A stretch of 64,000 nt of DNA from the IMG/VR virus record IMGVR_UViG_2912765049_000001, positions 64,001 through 128,000 of that record; one strand, 5' to 3'. Origin of the DNA: a virus. Its lineage: Duplodnaviria > Caudoviricetes. The notes beneath the pieces are model-generated. The model was not told the origin of the DNA. It saw only the letters and a program-made list of their open reading frames with translations, and made no database searches. The position numbers and the translations under genes were made by a program. Shown here in pieces: positions 18,789 to 29,227 of this stretch. Numbering within the stretch: the first letter of the stretch is position 1; the number at the start of each line of letters is the position of its first letter.

Positions 18789-21071
18789 TTACTTGGTGTA
18801 GGTGACGCGCAGTTTCGGCGGGTACGTCTGCCCGTACCCGCGGGCCCTCCCGTAGAAGGTCTTGTCGGTGGTGTTGGGGTCCAGCGCGATGCCCCGCCAC
18901 GTGGTGGAGTCGAACACTGCGGTGATGTCGACCCACTTGCCCTGGTTGCGTTTCCAGGCGATGGTCTGCGCCTCGGTGTCGCAGGAGAACTTCGCCGGCC
19001 GGGAGGCGTGTTTGTGGGCGCGGATGACGGCCTTGCCGCCGTCCGCGTAGTACCAGTGGTCGAAGTACAAATAGATCTCGGCTTTGTTGATCTTCGCGCC
19101 GGACAGGTCGGTGGCCAGGGCCGCGGGGAAGCCGATCAAACTGGCCTGCACGCCGTTGTTGGCGGAGTAGTAGCCCTGCAGGCAGGAGTTGCCGTAGTAG
19201 GCGTTGTAGCCGGAGCGGCTCGCGTACGACCCGGACCAGGAGGCCGCGTAGGTCTTGGTGTACGTCTGCACCGGTTCGGCGCCGGTGCCGCCGCCGGTGT
19301 TGTACACGCCGGTCAGCGGGATCTCCGGGCCGATGTCCTCGACGTAGAAGACGTTGGTGCGGCCGGTGGTGCCCAGGCCGAGTTCGAGGGTCTGCCCACT
19401 GGTGCCGCCGGAGTTCTGGAACGAGAGCAGCAGGCGGTGCAGGCCGGGACCCAGGGTGGTGGCGCTCGTGACGTGTTCCAGGTCGACTCGCTGGAAGCGG
19501 CCGGTGTGCGACGGCGTGAGGATCTCGGTTTCCCGCAGGGTCGAGGTGAGCGTGGGCTTCGCGGTGCCCCCGTCACGCAGGTAGAGGTGGATCTCGCCAT
19601 CGGTGGCGTTGTCGAGGTCGGCGGTGGCCCGGAAGACGATCCGGTACAGGCGGCCTGCCTCGGCGGTGAAGGGCAGCTCCAGATAGCCCATCTCGCTGCC
19701 CGTTGTGGTGACGGTGGTGCCCGGGGCGGCGCGCGCGATGATTCCCTTGGGCCCGGCCCCGAACAGGTCGCTGACGGGCTCCCCGCCCACGGTCAGCTCC
19801 CCGGCGACGTTGACGTCGTTGAAGCCGGCGGATCCGTCGGTGTCGATCGTCGCCACCGGCTCGCCGTTGTTGCGCAGGGTCAGGTACTGGGGTGCCCCGG
19901 TGACCAGGGACACCGCCTCCTCGCCGGTCTCGTCGAACAGGCGCACCCCCTGGGGGCCGATCTCCGCGCGGGCGCCGCCGGTGACCCGACCGAAGATCGT
20001 GTGGACTTCGGAGTTGTCGAACACGACCCAGCCGGCCGTGGCGGCGGAGGACTCCAGGCACAGCACGGCCTGGGTGGTGCCCTGCGGGGCGGCGACCTGG
20101 CCGGTGATGCGCTGCCACATGCCGGGGATGGGGGTGGTCTTCTCCACCACGCCGTAGCCGAGGACCGTGCCGACGGCGTTCTCCCACCGGGCGAGGATCT
20201 TCACGCCGCTCGCGTTGAGGTCGTCGGAGGTGAGGATGTCGACGGCCATGTAGAGCTGGACGCCGGCGAGGATGGGCACCCGGGCCAGCGGCAGGGTGAA
20301 GTAGGTGGGGGTGTCGGCCAGACAGTCTGCGCGGACGCCGATGCCGGTGCGGTTGCCGGGGGCCAGCGACCACGGGGCGCCGGCCGCGGCGATCGCGGCC
20401 GCGGTGGCCGCGCCCTCGAAGCCGGGGTCGGGCATCAGGTTGGTGCCCTGCCCGACGGCGATCTGGTCGGGGGTGACCGAACCGACCGCCAGGTGCGGTG
20501 TGATGATGGCGCCGACCGCGATGTGGCCCTGCTGGATGACGCCGGTGCCGACGTCCGTGGAGGCCGCGCGGCGCGCGGCGGTCTGCACGGCCGCGGAGGG
20601 CAGGCTGGGGGTACCGGAGGTGTTGACCGCGACCAGGCGCACCCAGATCGGGTCGTAGTAGTTGGTGGCGATGGTCACCGACGCGCCGGACGCGGCCTCG
20701 ATCGTGGCCGCCGGCCACATCACGTCCGGCTCGGCGTCCGCCGAGGTCATCAGGTGCACCTGGACGCGGGAGAGGTCCAGCGGGGCGGCATCCGCGTCGG
20801 TGAACGCGCCGTCCCAGGTGATGCGGACGCCGTTGAGGGCGGGTTCGGTCTGCGGGGCGGACGGGACGGGCGGGCGGGGGCCGTTGACCGCGACCACGCC
20901 GGAAGTGCCGTCGCCCTGCTGGCCGATGACGGCCCGCAGCGAGCCGCCGACGTCGTAGACCTCCAGGGCGGTGTCTTCCAGGGAGGCGTGGCTGAGGCGG
21001 CTGGCGCGCTGGAGGCCGGTGATCTGCCGTTCGATGCGGGCGAGGCGGGAGCCGATGTCGAGGCTGCTCAC
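18789..21071 (-). CDS. Minor tail / tail fibre protein
   Basis: Last tail gene; N-terminal SRLARIERQI coil, FN3-like and CBM-like segments (NLMPDPGFE); GTG overlaps the upstream stop. Confidence 0.72.
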   Translation of the reverse strand: MSSLDIGSRLARIERQITGLQRASRLSHASLEDTALEVYDVGGSLRAVIGQQGDGTSGVVAVNGPRPPVPSAPQTEPALNGVRITWDGAFTDADAAPLDLSRVQVHLMTSADAEPDVMWPAATIEAASGASVTIATNYYDPIWVRLVAVNTSGTPSLPSAAVQTAARRAASTDVGTGVIQQGHIAVGAIITPHLAVGSVTPDQIAVGQGTNLMPDPGFEGAATAAAIAAAGAPWSLAPGNRTGIGVRADCLADTPTYFTLPLARVPILAGVQLYMAVDILTSDDLNASGVKILARWENAVGTVLGYGVVEKTTPIPGMWQRITGQVAAPQGTTQAVLCLESSAATAGWVVFDNSEVHTIFGRVTGGARAEIGPQGVRLFDETGEEAVSLVTGAPQYLTLRNNGEPVATIDTDGSAGFNDVNVAGELTVGGEPVSDLFGAGPKGIIARAAPGTTVTTTGSEMGYLELPFTAEAGRLYRIVFRATADLDNATDGEIHLYLRDGGTAKPTLTSTLRETEILTPSHTGRFQRVDLEHVTSATTLGPGLHRLLLSFQNSGGTSGQTLELGLGTTGRTNVFYVEDIGPEIPLTGVYNTGGGTGAEPVQTYTKTYAASWSGSYASRSGYNAYYGNSCLQGYYSANNGVQASLIGFPAALATDLSGAKINKAEIYLYFDHWYYADGGKAVIRAHKHASRPAKFSCDTEAQTIAWKRNQGKWVDITAVFDSTTWRGIALDPNTTDKTFYGRARGYGQTYPPKLRVTYTK

Positions 21072-22168
21072 GCGGCGGCCCCGTAGTGGAAGGAGTCGGC
21101 CCGGGCGAGGCTCACGGTGACGCTCTCGCCGTCGCTGCCGCCCGGGCGGACGCTCCAGCCCATGACCCGCATCCAGCCGGTGAAGGACACCCAGTCGTTG
21201 TGGACCCGGGTGTAGACGTCGTCGCCCACCTGGAAGGAGCCCAGCGGGGCGGCCGGGTGGTCGGGGCGGATGCGGATCTGTTCGATGGTGCCGCGGATCT
21301 GCCGGCGCTTGCGGTCGGCGGCGGCCCGCTTGGCGAGGATGTCGGTGCCCTTGACCTCCGGCAGGGCCAGCACGGTCTCCATGCGCAGCCGTCCGTCGCG
21401 GACGCTGTCGATGTGCCGGCGCTTGTTGCGGCCCTCGCCGGAGCCGGTGGCAATGACGGTGTTGGCGAACTCGTCGGCGGAGCGCGGGACGGGCGGGGCG
21501 TCGAGGACGTTGATGCCGGTGGAGAAGGACACGTCGGTGCGGCGCGTGCCCAGCCGCGGGTAGCCCAGGCGCAGCCTGCGCACGATGGCGCCGTTCGCGC
21601 CCCAGGCGGTGTCGCACGTGTAGTCCGGGGAGTCGTCGGCGGAGACCAGGTCGTCGACGGCGTCACCGAGGACCGGCTCTTCCCACCAGGAGAACTTCAG
21701 CGGCTCGGCGGTCGTGCCGACCTTGGCGGTGGAGGTGGTGGGGTCCACGACGACGCCCAGGTTGCCGTCCGGCAGGGACTGCGCGTACGCCCAGACGTCC
21801 CGGATCACCTTGCAGGGGTCGGCGTTGACGTACGGGCCGCGGCCGTTGAGTTCGCCGTGGACGTCGTGGCGGCGCTGCAGGTACGACGACCAGCCGGCCG
21901 CCTCGAGGGAGAGGGTGCGGTCCTCGGGGGTGGCCTGCCACAGCAGTCCGCCCCAGCGCAGGTGCCCGTCGCGCTCGGCGTACAGCAGGACGTTGCCTTC
22001 GTCGGCGACGTCCGGCAGGGAGCGGGCGAAGCGCGGGGCGAGTTTGCCGGTCAGGGCGCCGGGCCCGTTGAGTTCGGGGCCGAACTCGACGTCGGTGAGG
22101 GGCACGTCCGGGCTGATGATCTCGCCGGTGAGGGCGTGCTGGGCGAGGTAGCGGTAGGCGGACGCCAT
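21068..22168 (-). CDS. Minor tail protein (ReqiPepy6 gp37-like hub)
   Basis: MASAYRYLAQHALTG, LRWGGLLW, LRLGYPRLG; position in the tail module. Confidence 0.75.
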   Translation of the reverse strand: MASAYRYLAQHALTGEIISPDVPLTDVEFGPELNGPGALTGKLAPRFARSLPDVADEGNVLLYAERDGHLRWGGLLWQATPEDRTLSLEAAGWSSYLQRRHDVHGELNGRGPYVNADPCKVIRDVWAYAQSLPDGNLGVVVDPTTSTAKVGTTAEPLKFSWWEEPVLGDAVDDLVSADDSPDYTCDTAWGANGAIVRRLRLGYPRLGTRRTDVSFSTGINVLDAPPVPRSADEFANTVIATGSGEGRNKRRHIDSVRDGRLRMETVLALPEVKGTDILAKRAAADRKRRQIRGTIEQIRIRPDHPAAPLGSFQVGDDVYTRVHNDWVSFTGWMRVMGWSVRPGGSDGESVTVSLARADSFHYGAAA

Positions 22169-23100
22169 CAGATGATCCCCTCGCTGAACTCGACGTCCGC
22201 GAAGATCGACGTGCCCGCGTCGACGCTGAGGTCGCCGGTCGGGGACTTGTACATGTAGGTCTCGACGTATAGGCGCTGGGTGGTGCCGCGGGCTGCCGCG
22301 GAGAGGGTGATGGTGTCGCCGAGGACGATGGTGTTGCGGCGGGTGTTGTTGGCCTGGTCGTCGTCGATGACGGTGGCCTGGCCGACGTCGGTGCCCAGGT
22401 ACTGGCGCATCTGCGCGAACACGTCGGCCTTGGTGTAGCGCAGCCCGGCGACGGTGAGCATGATCTTCGCGGTGGTGGCCCAGGAGGGTACGGCGACGTT
22501 CCAGGTCGCCGCGGCCGGCCAGACGTGCCACTTGGCGTCCGAGTACGCCAGGGTGCTGAGCGTCGTGGGGAAGCTCGGGTACAGGGAGCGCTCGCGGCGG
22601 GGGTTGGCGATGCGCCGCAGATCGGTGATCATCGCGGCGGTGACGGTGCCGGTGTTCGCCGGGAGACTCACTCGGGCCAGGGGGATCGCAGAGTACCCGG
22701 CCGGCACGGCGGTGGCGGTGCTGGAGACCCCGGAGATGACGTCGAAGAACACCGTGTCGTCGGTGGCCGGGTTGCGGTTGCCCTCGTACTCCGGGTCCAG
22801 GACGCGCAGGACGACCATGTCGGTGCGCGGGCTGGCGCCGGTCGGCGCGATCGGGACCTGCTCGGTGCCGATGTTGTACGCGGTGTAGTGGCCCTGCCAG
22901 GGCACCGCGCGCCCGCGGACGATGCCAGAGCCCTCCCCCACCAGGACGCCGCCGGCCGGGACGGTCAGCGGAGTGACCTTCAGGTCGTTGCCCTCGGTGA
23001 CGCCTTCGGCCCCGCGGGACAGGTCGCGGATCATCATGCGGAAGGTCTGGGCGGAGTGCTTCGCGCCGGTGGTGAGCAGCGGCGCCTGGGCCAGGGTCAT
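22168..23100 (-). CDS. Minor tail protein
   Basis: MTLAQAP..., PRTDMVVLRVLDPEYEG, IPLARVSLPA..TVTAAMITDLR actinophage pattern. Confidence 0.7.
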   Translation of the reverse strand: MTLAQAPLLTTGAKHSAQTFRMMIRDLSRGAEGVTEGNDLKVTPLTVPAGGVLVGEGSGIVRGRAVPWQGHYTAYNIGTEQVPIAPTGASPRTDMVVLRVLDPEYEGNRNPATDDTVFFDVISGVSSTATAVPAGYSAIPLARVSLPANTGTVTAAMITDLRRIANPRRERSLYPSFPTTLSTLAYSDAKWHVWPAAATWNVAVPSWATTAKIMLTVAGLRYTKADVFAQMRQYLGTDVGQATVIDDDQANNTRRNTIVLGDTITLSAAARGTTQRLYVETYMYKSPTGDLSVDAGTSIFADVEFSEGII

Positions 23101-23114
23101 ACGGGGTCGCTCCT

Positions 23115-24011
23115 CTACAGGGTGGGCCAGGCTGGCCGCCACGTGGCGGTCAGGCGGGCGGAGTTGGTGGGGTCGGTGGCGGTCCACCGCAGCTCGCTGA
23201 CGCCGGTGGGCAGCGTGAACGTGTCGATGCGGGAGGCGGCGGTCAGTGCCGTGGCGGCGTTGCCGCCGTTGCTGCGCAGCACGGAGCGCCAGGTGGGCCG
23301 GGTGTCGATCTCGATGAAGTCGCCCGGGTCGATGACGGTGTTGAGCTGCAGCACGCGGCCGGACTCGACGTGGGTAATGCGTGGGTTGGCGCACGGGCCG
23401 TAGATCCGCAGCACGGGCCAGGTCGGGGCCTTGCCGTCGACCTGGATCCAGCCGGGCCGGGTGGTGCCGTCCGGGCCTGGGTCGACGACGATGGGCGCGA
23501 CGACGGGCGCCGTGAACCCCCCGTCGGAGATCATGCCGAGCGGGATCGTGGCGTGCTGGGGGGTGTCGCTGTAGTAGAGGGGGTCGGCGGCGAGGAACTC
23601 GAGGTCGAGGGGCACCCAGCCGTTGACGAGCTGGGTCAGGTCCGGGTCGGCCTTGCGGAGCCGGCCGTTGAGGACACGGACGTCGCGGCCGGGGAACTTC
23701 AGCCGCAGTTCGGTGGTGGCGCCGCCGGTCAGGCGCAGCGCGGGGTCGTCGTGGACGTCCTGGATTGCGGCGAGGAGGTCGAGGGCGGCCACCTGGTCGC
23801 CGGGGGTTTTGATCGCGGCGTCGATGCGGACGGTGCGGCCGGTGTAGTAGTCCGCGCCGAGCCAGATGCCGTCCGCGCTGGGCGGGTCGACGTCGGCGGT
23901 GCGTACCTCGGCGCGGCCCAGGCCCTCGATGGCGGCAATGGGGACCGGGGTGCCGGTGCCGATGACGACGCCGCCCAGTTCGTGCTGGTGGTCCTTGAGG
24001 ATGGCGTTCAT
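23115..24011 (-). CDS. Distal tail protein (Dit)
   Basis: Immediately follows the tape measure gene (ATGA overlap); EFLAADPLYY, PTWPVLRIYGPCANP. Confidence 0.78.
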   Translation of the reverse strand: MNAILKDHQHELGGVVIGTGTPVPIAAIEGLGRAEVRTADVDPPSADGIWLGADYYTGRTVRIDAAIKTPGDQVAALDLLAAIQDVHDDPALRLTGGATTELRLKFPGRDVRVLNGRLRKADPDLTQLVNGWVPLDLEFLAADPLYYSDTPQHATIPLGMISDGGFTAPVVAPIVVDPGPDGTTRPGWIQVDGKAPTWPVLRIYGPCANPRITHVESGRVLQLNTVIDPGDFIEIDTRPTWRSVLRSNGGNAATALTAASRIDTFTLPTGVSELRWTATDPTNSARLTATWRPAWPTL

Positions 24012-27000
24012 CGGTGCTGCACCCCGCCTCGCTGAGCGCGGCGCAGCTGGTAGCCGACGGCAGCGGCGATCTGCTGTTCGGTGGCGCCGGGACGGTCGAT
24101 CTGGATGGTCTGGTTGCCGATCAGCGGGGCGGCCTGCTGAACGACGATGACCTGCACGCGGCCGGCCGCGGCGTCCTGCAGGCCGGTGAGGGCGTAGCCG
24201 AAGCGCCCGGCGACGTCGCCCAGGACGGCGGTGGCGCGGCGGCGTTTGCCGAGGGCGAGCGGCACGTACGCCTCGCCCTGCGTGCTCGGTTCGGCGAAGC
24301 GGACCAGGCCGCCCGAGGTCGCGTAGATGCCCTCGCGGATGCCGCCGTCGGCGTAGGCGAGGCCCTTGTTGGCCTTGGTGAGGTCGGCGAGCAGGCGTGT
24401 CGCGCGGGAGCCGAGGGCCTTCTTGATCTGAGCGGTGGCCCTGGTGGCCACCGTGATGATCTCGTCCTCGTCGAGGCCGGTCGCGTCCGCGATGGCGTGG
24501 ATGCCGGTGGTCTTCGACTTCGTCGCCCCGATGATCTTCACGAGGGTGGCGAGCTGCTCGTCCGAGAGCGTCTTGCCCGCCGCCTTGGAGGCGTCGTTGG
24601 CGGCCTTCGCCTTCTTCGGGCTCTTGACCGCCTGGGCCGCGAGGTCCTCGGCGTCCTGGTCGCCCTGCTCGGCCAGGCGCGCGGCGAGGTCGCCATAGCC
24701 GGAGGCGGCCAGTTTGGCCAGGTTCTGCTGGAAGGCGGTCTGGTCCTTCACGGCGCTCTTGAGCTGCCCGGTGTAGTCGCCCAGGCTCGCCTTGGACGCC
24801 TCGGCGAGGGCTTTGAGCTCCTTGGTCATCTGGCGGACGTACTTGCCGGAGCCGGTGGCCATCTTCCGGGTCAGCGCGACGCCGTCCTCGCCCATCTCCT
24901 CGAGGGCCTTGGCGACGTCGGTGCCGGCGCGGGCGGCGACGGTGGACAGGTCGCGGCGCCAGCGGGACATCGCCTTGGAGGACGCCTTCAGCTTCTTGAG
25001 GAAGATGTCGAGGCTGAAGTTGCCCTTCTTGTTCTGGGACTCGCTCGCGATCGACGACAGCGTGGTGTACGAGGCCGGGGTGTAGGAGAAGTCCGACAGG
25101 CCGCCGTCGGCGTACCAGTCGATCCCGGACGGGTCTCCGCCCAGGCGGCGCACGACCTCCTCGGTGATCCGGCGGGAACGGGGCCGCTTGGAGTGGGCGA
25201 AGGGGACGTATGCCTCCCCGTGAGTCTCGTCCTCCCCCCACACCCGCCAGGAGCCGCCCTTGGCGATCTGCGCGACGTGGTTCTCCTTGCGCATGCCGCC
25301 GTCGGCGTAGAAGTCGACGATCCCGCCGTCGGCCTGCTTGCGGACGTTGTCGGCCTGCTTGCGCAGCGCGTCGGCGAGGCTGGACGGGTCGGCGCCGAGG
25401 TTCGAGAAGACCGACACGTGCTTGGTGGTGATGGTGATCGACTTGTCGCTGAGCCGGTCCCGGGCGCCCTGGACCGCGGCGATGTTGGACAGGGCGGTGC
25501 CGGTCTTGGCGGTGACCTCCACGCTGCCGTCGGGCAGCGTCCGGGTGGTGAAGCCGACCTTGTTCAGGGCGTCCATCGCCGTCTTGTTCAGCGTCTTGAC
25601 GGTGACGGACTTCGCGCCGGGGGTGGCCTTGATCTTGGCGATCACGGAGTCGAGGCCGCCGACGGCGACGGCGGTCTTCGCGTCGACCTTGACGTCCTTG
25701 CCCGCGGGGACCGACGACAGGGCGCTGACGAGCAGGCCCAGTTCGGCACGGGCGCCCTGCGTGGGAGCGGTGATCTTGTATTCGCGGGTGCCGGGGATGA
25801 GCTCGATCGCGTAGCCGAGGTCCTCCAGCTCCTTCTTGGCCTGCTCCCCCAGCGCGTCGACGGTGATCGTGCGCTTGTCGGGGACGCGCGCGAACTCGGC
25901 CTGCACGGCGAGGAGTTCGGCCAGCGTCTGGTCGACTCCCTTGGTCTGCAGGAGGATCGACACCTGGCCGGGGATCAGACCCATCTGGTCGGCGACCTGC
26001 TGGGCCTGGGCGCCGGTGACGCCGTACTGGGCCAGCAGGTCCAGGGCCGACTTGCGGGCCTTGTCCATCTCGGTGCGCGCGGCCTGCAGGGACTGCGGCA
26101 GGTCCTTGCCCTGCTTCTGCGCGAAGTCGAACGAGGCGATCGCGGAGGACGCTGCGGCGTCGGAGATGTTGTTGAGGCTGTTGAACAGCTGCTGCCCGTT
26201 GCGGCTGGTCGTGTTGAGGGTGCCGTTGAGGCCGACGAGCTTCTTGCCGTAGTCGCCGGACTTCTTGATCTGGTCGTCGACGGCCTCGCTGGCGTTGAGG
26301 ACGGCCTCGTTGAGCCGGGCCTGGGCCGCCTGCAGGCTCACCGACCCGCCGGACAGCAGGTCGAGGGCGTCCTTCAGGGCGCGGGTGCGCTGGTCGGCGT
26401 CGGCGGTGCGGTCGGCGAGCGCGCCGACGGCCACCTTGAGCTTGTCGTACGCGCTCAGCGCCCGGCCGGAAGGATTCTGCGCCTCCGCGAGCCGCTTGGC
26501 GTCCTTGACGCCCTGCTCCATCTCGCCGCGCATCGACTTCAGCGCGTCGGCCGCCTTCTTGTACCGCTCGCCGGTGTCGGTGTACTCGAGCTTGCTGGCC
26601 TTGCCGGCGGCGTAGTCGACGTACTCCTTGTTGGCCTCGGCCAGGTCGCGGTACTTCTTCTCCAGAGCGGCGAGGCTGGTGCCCTGTCCGAGGTAGGCGT
26701 CGGTGAGGGTCCGCATGGAGACGCCGGATTCCTCCAGGACGTCGACCAGCTTGGTCTTGCTGTCGTGCAGCTTGTAGTCGAGGAGGGTCTGGGCCGCGGC
26801 GGCCCGCACGTTCTCGTCGATGACGCCGCCGGAGTCGCGCAGCGCCCGGGTCAGGTCGGCAATGCGCTCCTGGTGCTCGGCGGCGGCCTGGGCGGCCTTC
26901 TGCTGCTGGGCGGCGAGCAGTCCGAGGCCGACGGTGACGCCGGCGAGCGCCAGGCCCCAGGGCCCGCCCATCGCGCCCATCAGCCCGGTCATCGCGCCAC

Positions 27001-29206
27001 GCAGGCCGGTGCCCGCGGCCCGGGTGATGCCGTTGAGGGTGCCGGTGAACCCCGACCCGGCGGAGGAGGCGGTCCGGAAGGAGGACGCCATCTGCCCGAT
27101 GATCGGAACCCGGGTCTGCAGCACGGCGAACGCGGCGCCGTACCGGGTGATGGACTGGCCGGAGGCGGTCGCGAGGCTGCGCTGCACGGCCATCTGGGAG
27201 TTGAGGCTGCTGACCGCGCCCGTGACCCGGCCGCTGATGGTGCTGGCGAGGCCGGACATGATCGGGCCGACCCGGCGGTACAGCAGCAGCCCGAACAGCG
27301 CCGTCTGCACGGGCCCCGGGAGTGCGCCGAAGACGGAGACGAGTCCGCCGACGACCTGCCCGATGGGGACCAGGACCGTGGAGAGGGCCTCCACGGCGGC
27401 GGCTGCCGCGTCCAGGACGAGGACGATGACGTCGAGGGAGTTGGCCGCGCCGTCCGTGTCGCTGCCCAGGTCGGCCAGGGCCTCCCCGATCGGGGTGACG
27501 CCCTGGGCGAGGTTGTCCAGCACCGTCATCAGGGCCTGCCCGGCGCTGATGAGGACGTGCAGGCCGTCGGCGAGAGCGGTCTCCCCCAGTTCCTTCAGCG
27601 GCTCGAGGAGGCCCTTGGCCTCGTCGACCAGGCCGCCGAGCCCTTCGCGGGCCTGCGCGGCCAGGTCGGGCCCGAACAGGGTGGTCAGGTCCCGGGCGTA
27701 GCCGATGGCGCCCGTGATGTACGGCGTGGCGGAGGCCAGTCCGGAGGTGAGTCCGCGGGTGAGCCACTCCAGGCCCGGGGCGAGTCCCTCGTAGATCTCC
27801 AGGCCGGTCTGGCGGGTCTGCTTCTTCAGCAGCACCATGGCGCCGGCCAGGCCCTGGTTCTTCGCCGCGGCGATCGTCGCCGCGGCGCCGTTCTCGTTGA
27901 CGGCCTGGTTGAGGGAGTCGAAGGAGACGACGCCCTGGTGGGCGAGCGCGATCGCGCCGGAGAGGGCGGGCTTGCCGAACGCCTTTGCCGCGGCAGCGGT
28001 GAAGTCCTGCTGCGACATCTCGTGCTGAGCGTGGCTCAGCTTGTCGATGACGTAGCGCAGGCCCTTGAAGCGGCCCTCGGTGTCCCACGCCTCGATGCCC
28101 ATCTCGCGCAGACCCTCGGTCATTTTCTTCGTGGGGTTCGCGAGATTGGTGAAAATACCCCGGAGGGTTGTTCCTGCGGTTTGGCCGAGAATACCGGCCT
28201 TGCCGAGCATGCCGACCGCTGCGGCGGCCTCTTCCATGGAAACGCCCAGGCCATGGGCTACCGGCCCGGCGTATTTCATCGAATAGTAGATATCGATGAT
28301 GTCGCCGGATGCGGCATTTGCTGTTGCCGCGAGAATGTCCGCCGCACGGCCCGCCTGATCGGCGCCCAGGGCGAATTGGTCCATCATGTCGCCGAGATAT
28401 TTGGCGGAATCTGCGGCGTTGACGTTCGCGGCGGCCGACAGTTGCAGCGACGCCCGGGTGGCGCTGATGGCCTGGTCGGTGCGGAAGCCCGCCTTGGCCA
28501 GTTCCACCATCGCCTCGGCGGCGCCGCCGGCGGTGGCGGTGGGCAGCTCCATGTCGGCGCCCAGGGCCTTGGCGGTGGACGAGGCGCGCTGCATCTGCGA
28601 TGCCGTGGCGCCGGTGACCGCCCCGAAGGTGGCCATCCCGCGCTGGTACTCGTTGCCGTTCTCGATCAGTTCGTGCAGACCGAGGACCAGTCCTCCCCCG
28701 GCCAACAGCCCGGTCAGCCCGGCCAGTTCGGAGCGCAGACGGCGGGTGGCGGACTCCGTGTCGTGCAGGGAGCGGGTGCCGCGGCGGCCGATGCCCGCGA
28801 GGCGGCCGTCGGCGTTGCGGGCCGCCCGGGCCAGGGATGCCAGGTCGGTGGTGGCGGTGCGGAGCTGGCGGGACATGGCCCGCAGGTCGGTGGCCGCGGA
28901 GCGGGAGGCGCGGGCGCTGGAGCGCTGGGCGCTGGCGGCCCGGTTGGCGTCGCTGCCCAGGCGGCGCAGGTCCCGGCCTGCCGAGGAGGCGCCGGTGCGC
29001 AGGGTGCGCAGCGGGGTGGCGGCGCCGCGCAGGCCGGTGGCCAGCGTGCGCAGCGAGCGGTCGCCCGCGCCAAGGCGGCCCACCTCCCGGCGGACGGCGG
29101 CCAGTTCGCGGGAGAGGTCGCGGGCCTCGCGGCGGGAGCGGTTGAGGGTGCGCACGAGCCCGTCGCCGTTGCCCGTCAGGGCAACAGAGAGGCTCCACGC
29201 GACCAC
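24008..29206 (-). CDS. Tape measure protein (TP901 family core)
   Basis: 1732 aa, Ala/Leu-rich helical; AAEAMVELAKAG, KYAGPVA, AGTTLR core; central TM region. Confidence 0.93.
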   Translation of the reverse strand: MVAWSLSVALTGNGDGLVRTLNRSRREARDLSRELAAVRREVGRLGAGDRSLRTLATGLRGAATPLRTLRTGASSAGRDLRRLGSDANRAASAQRSSARASRSAATDLRAMSRQLRTATTDLASLARAARNADGRLAGIGRRGTRSLHDTESATRRLRSELAGLTGLLAGGGLVLGLHELIENGNEYQRGMATFGAVTGATASQMQRASSTAKALGADMELPTATAGGAAEAMVELAKAGFRTDQAISATRASLQLSAAANVNAADSAKYLGDMMDQFALGADQAGRAADILAATANAASGDIIDIYYSMKYAGPVAHGLGVSMEEAAAAVGMLGKAGILGQTAGTTLRGIFTNLANPTKKMTEGLREMGIEAWDTEGRFKGLRYVIDKLSHAQHEMSQQDFTAAAAKAFGKPALSGAIALAHQGVVSFDSLNQAVNENGAAATIAAAKNQGLAGAMVLLKKQTRQTGLEIYEGLAPGLEWLTRGLTSGLASATPYITGAIGYARDLTTLFGPDLAAQAREGLGGLVDEAKGLLEPLKELGETALADGLHVLISAGQALMTVLDNLAQGVTPIGEALADLGSDTDGAANSLDVIVLVLDAAAAAVEALSTVLVPIGQVVGGLVSVFGALPGPVQTALFGLLLYRRVGPIMSGLASTISGRVTGAVSSLNSQMAVQRSLATASGQSITRYGAAFAVLQTRVPIIGQMASSFRTASSAGSGFTGTLNGITRAAGTGLRGAMTGLMGAMGGPWGLALAGVTVGLGLLAAQQQKAAQAAAEHQERIADLTRALRDSGGVIDENVRAAAAQTLLDYKLHDSKTKLVDVLEESGVSMRTLTDAYLGQGTSLAALEKKYRDLAEANKEYVDYAAGKASKLEYTDTGERYKKAADALKSMRGEMEQGVKDAKRLAEAQNPSGRALSAYDKLKVAVGALADRTADADQRTRALKDALDLLSGGSVSLQAAQARLNEAVLNASEAVDDQIKKSGDYGKKLVGLNGTLNTTSRNGQQLFNSLNNISDAAASSAIASFDFAQKQGKDLPQSLQAARTEMDKARKSALDLLAQYGVTGAQAQQVADQMGLIPGQVSILLQTKGVDQTLAELLAVQAEFARVPDKRTITVDALGEQAKKELEDLGYAIELIPGTREYKITAPTQGARAELGLLVSALSSVPAGKDVKVDAKTAVAVGGLDSVIAKIKATPGAKSVTVKTLNKTAMDALNKVGFTTRTLPDGSVEVTAKTGTALSNIAAVQGARDRLSDKSITITTKHVSVFSNLGADPSSLADALRKQADNVRKQADGGIVDFYADGGMRKENHVAQIAKGGSWRVWGEDETHGEAYVPFAHSKRPRSRRITEEVVRRLGGDPSGIDWYADGGLSDFSYTPASYTTLSSIASESQNKKGNFSLDIFLKKLKASSKAMSRWRRDLSTVAARAGTDVAKALEEMGEDGVALTRKMATGSGKYVRQMTKELKALAEASKASLGDYTGQLKSAVKDQTAFQQNLAKLAASGYGDLAARLAEQGDQDAEDLAAQAVKSPKKAKAANDASKAAGKTLSDEQLATLVKIIGATKSKTTGIHAIADATGLDEDEIITVATRATAQIKKALGSRATRLLADLTKANKGLAYADGGIREGIYATSGGLVRFAEPSTQGEAYVPLALGKRRRATAVLGDVAGRFGYALTGLQDAAAGRVQVIVVQQAAPLIGNQTIQIDRPGATEQQIAAAVGYQLRRAQRGGVQHR

Positions 29207-29227
29207 CGCCGCTCTCCTTTCCGCTCG

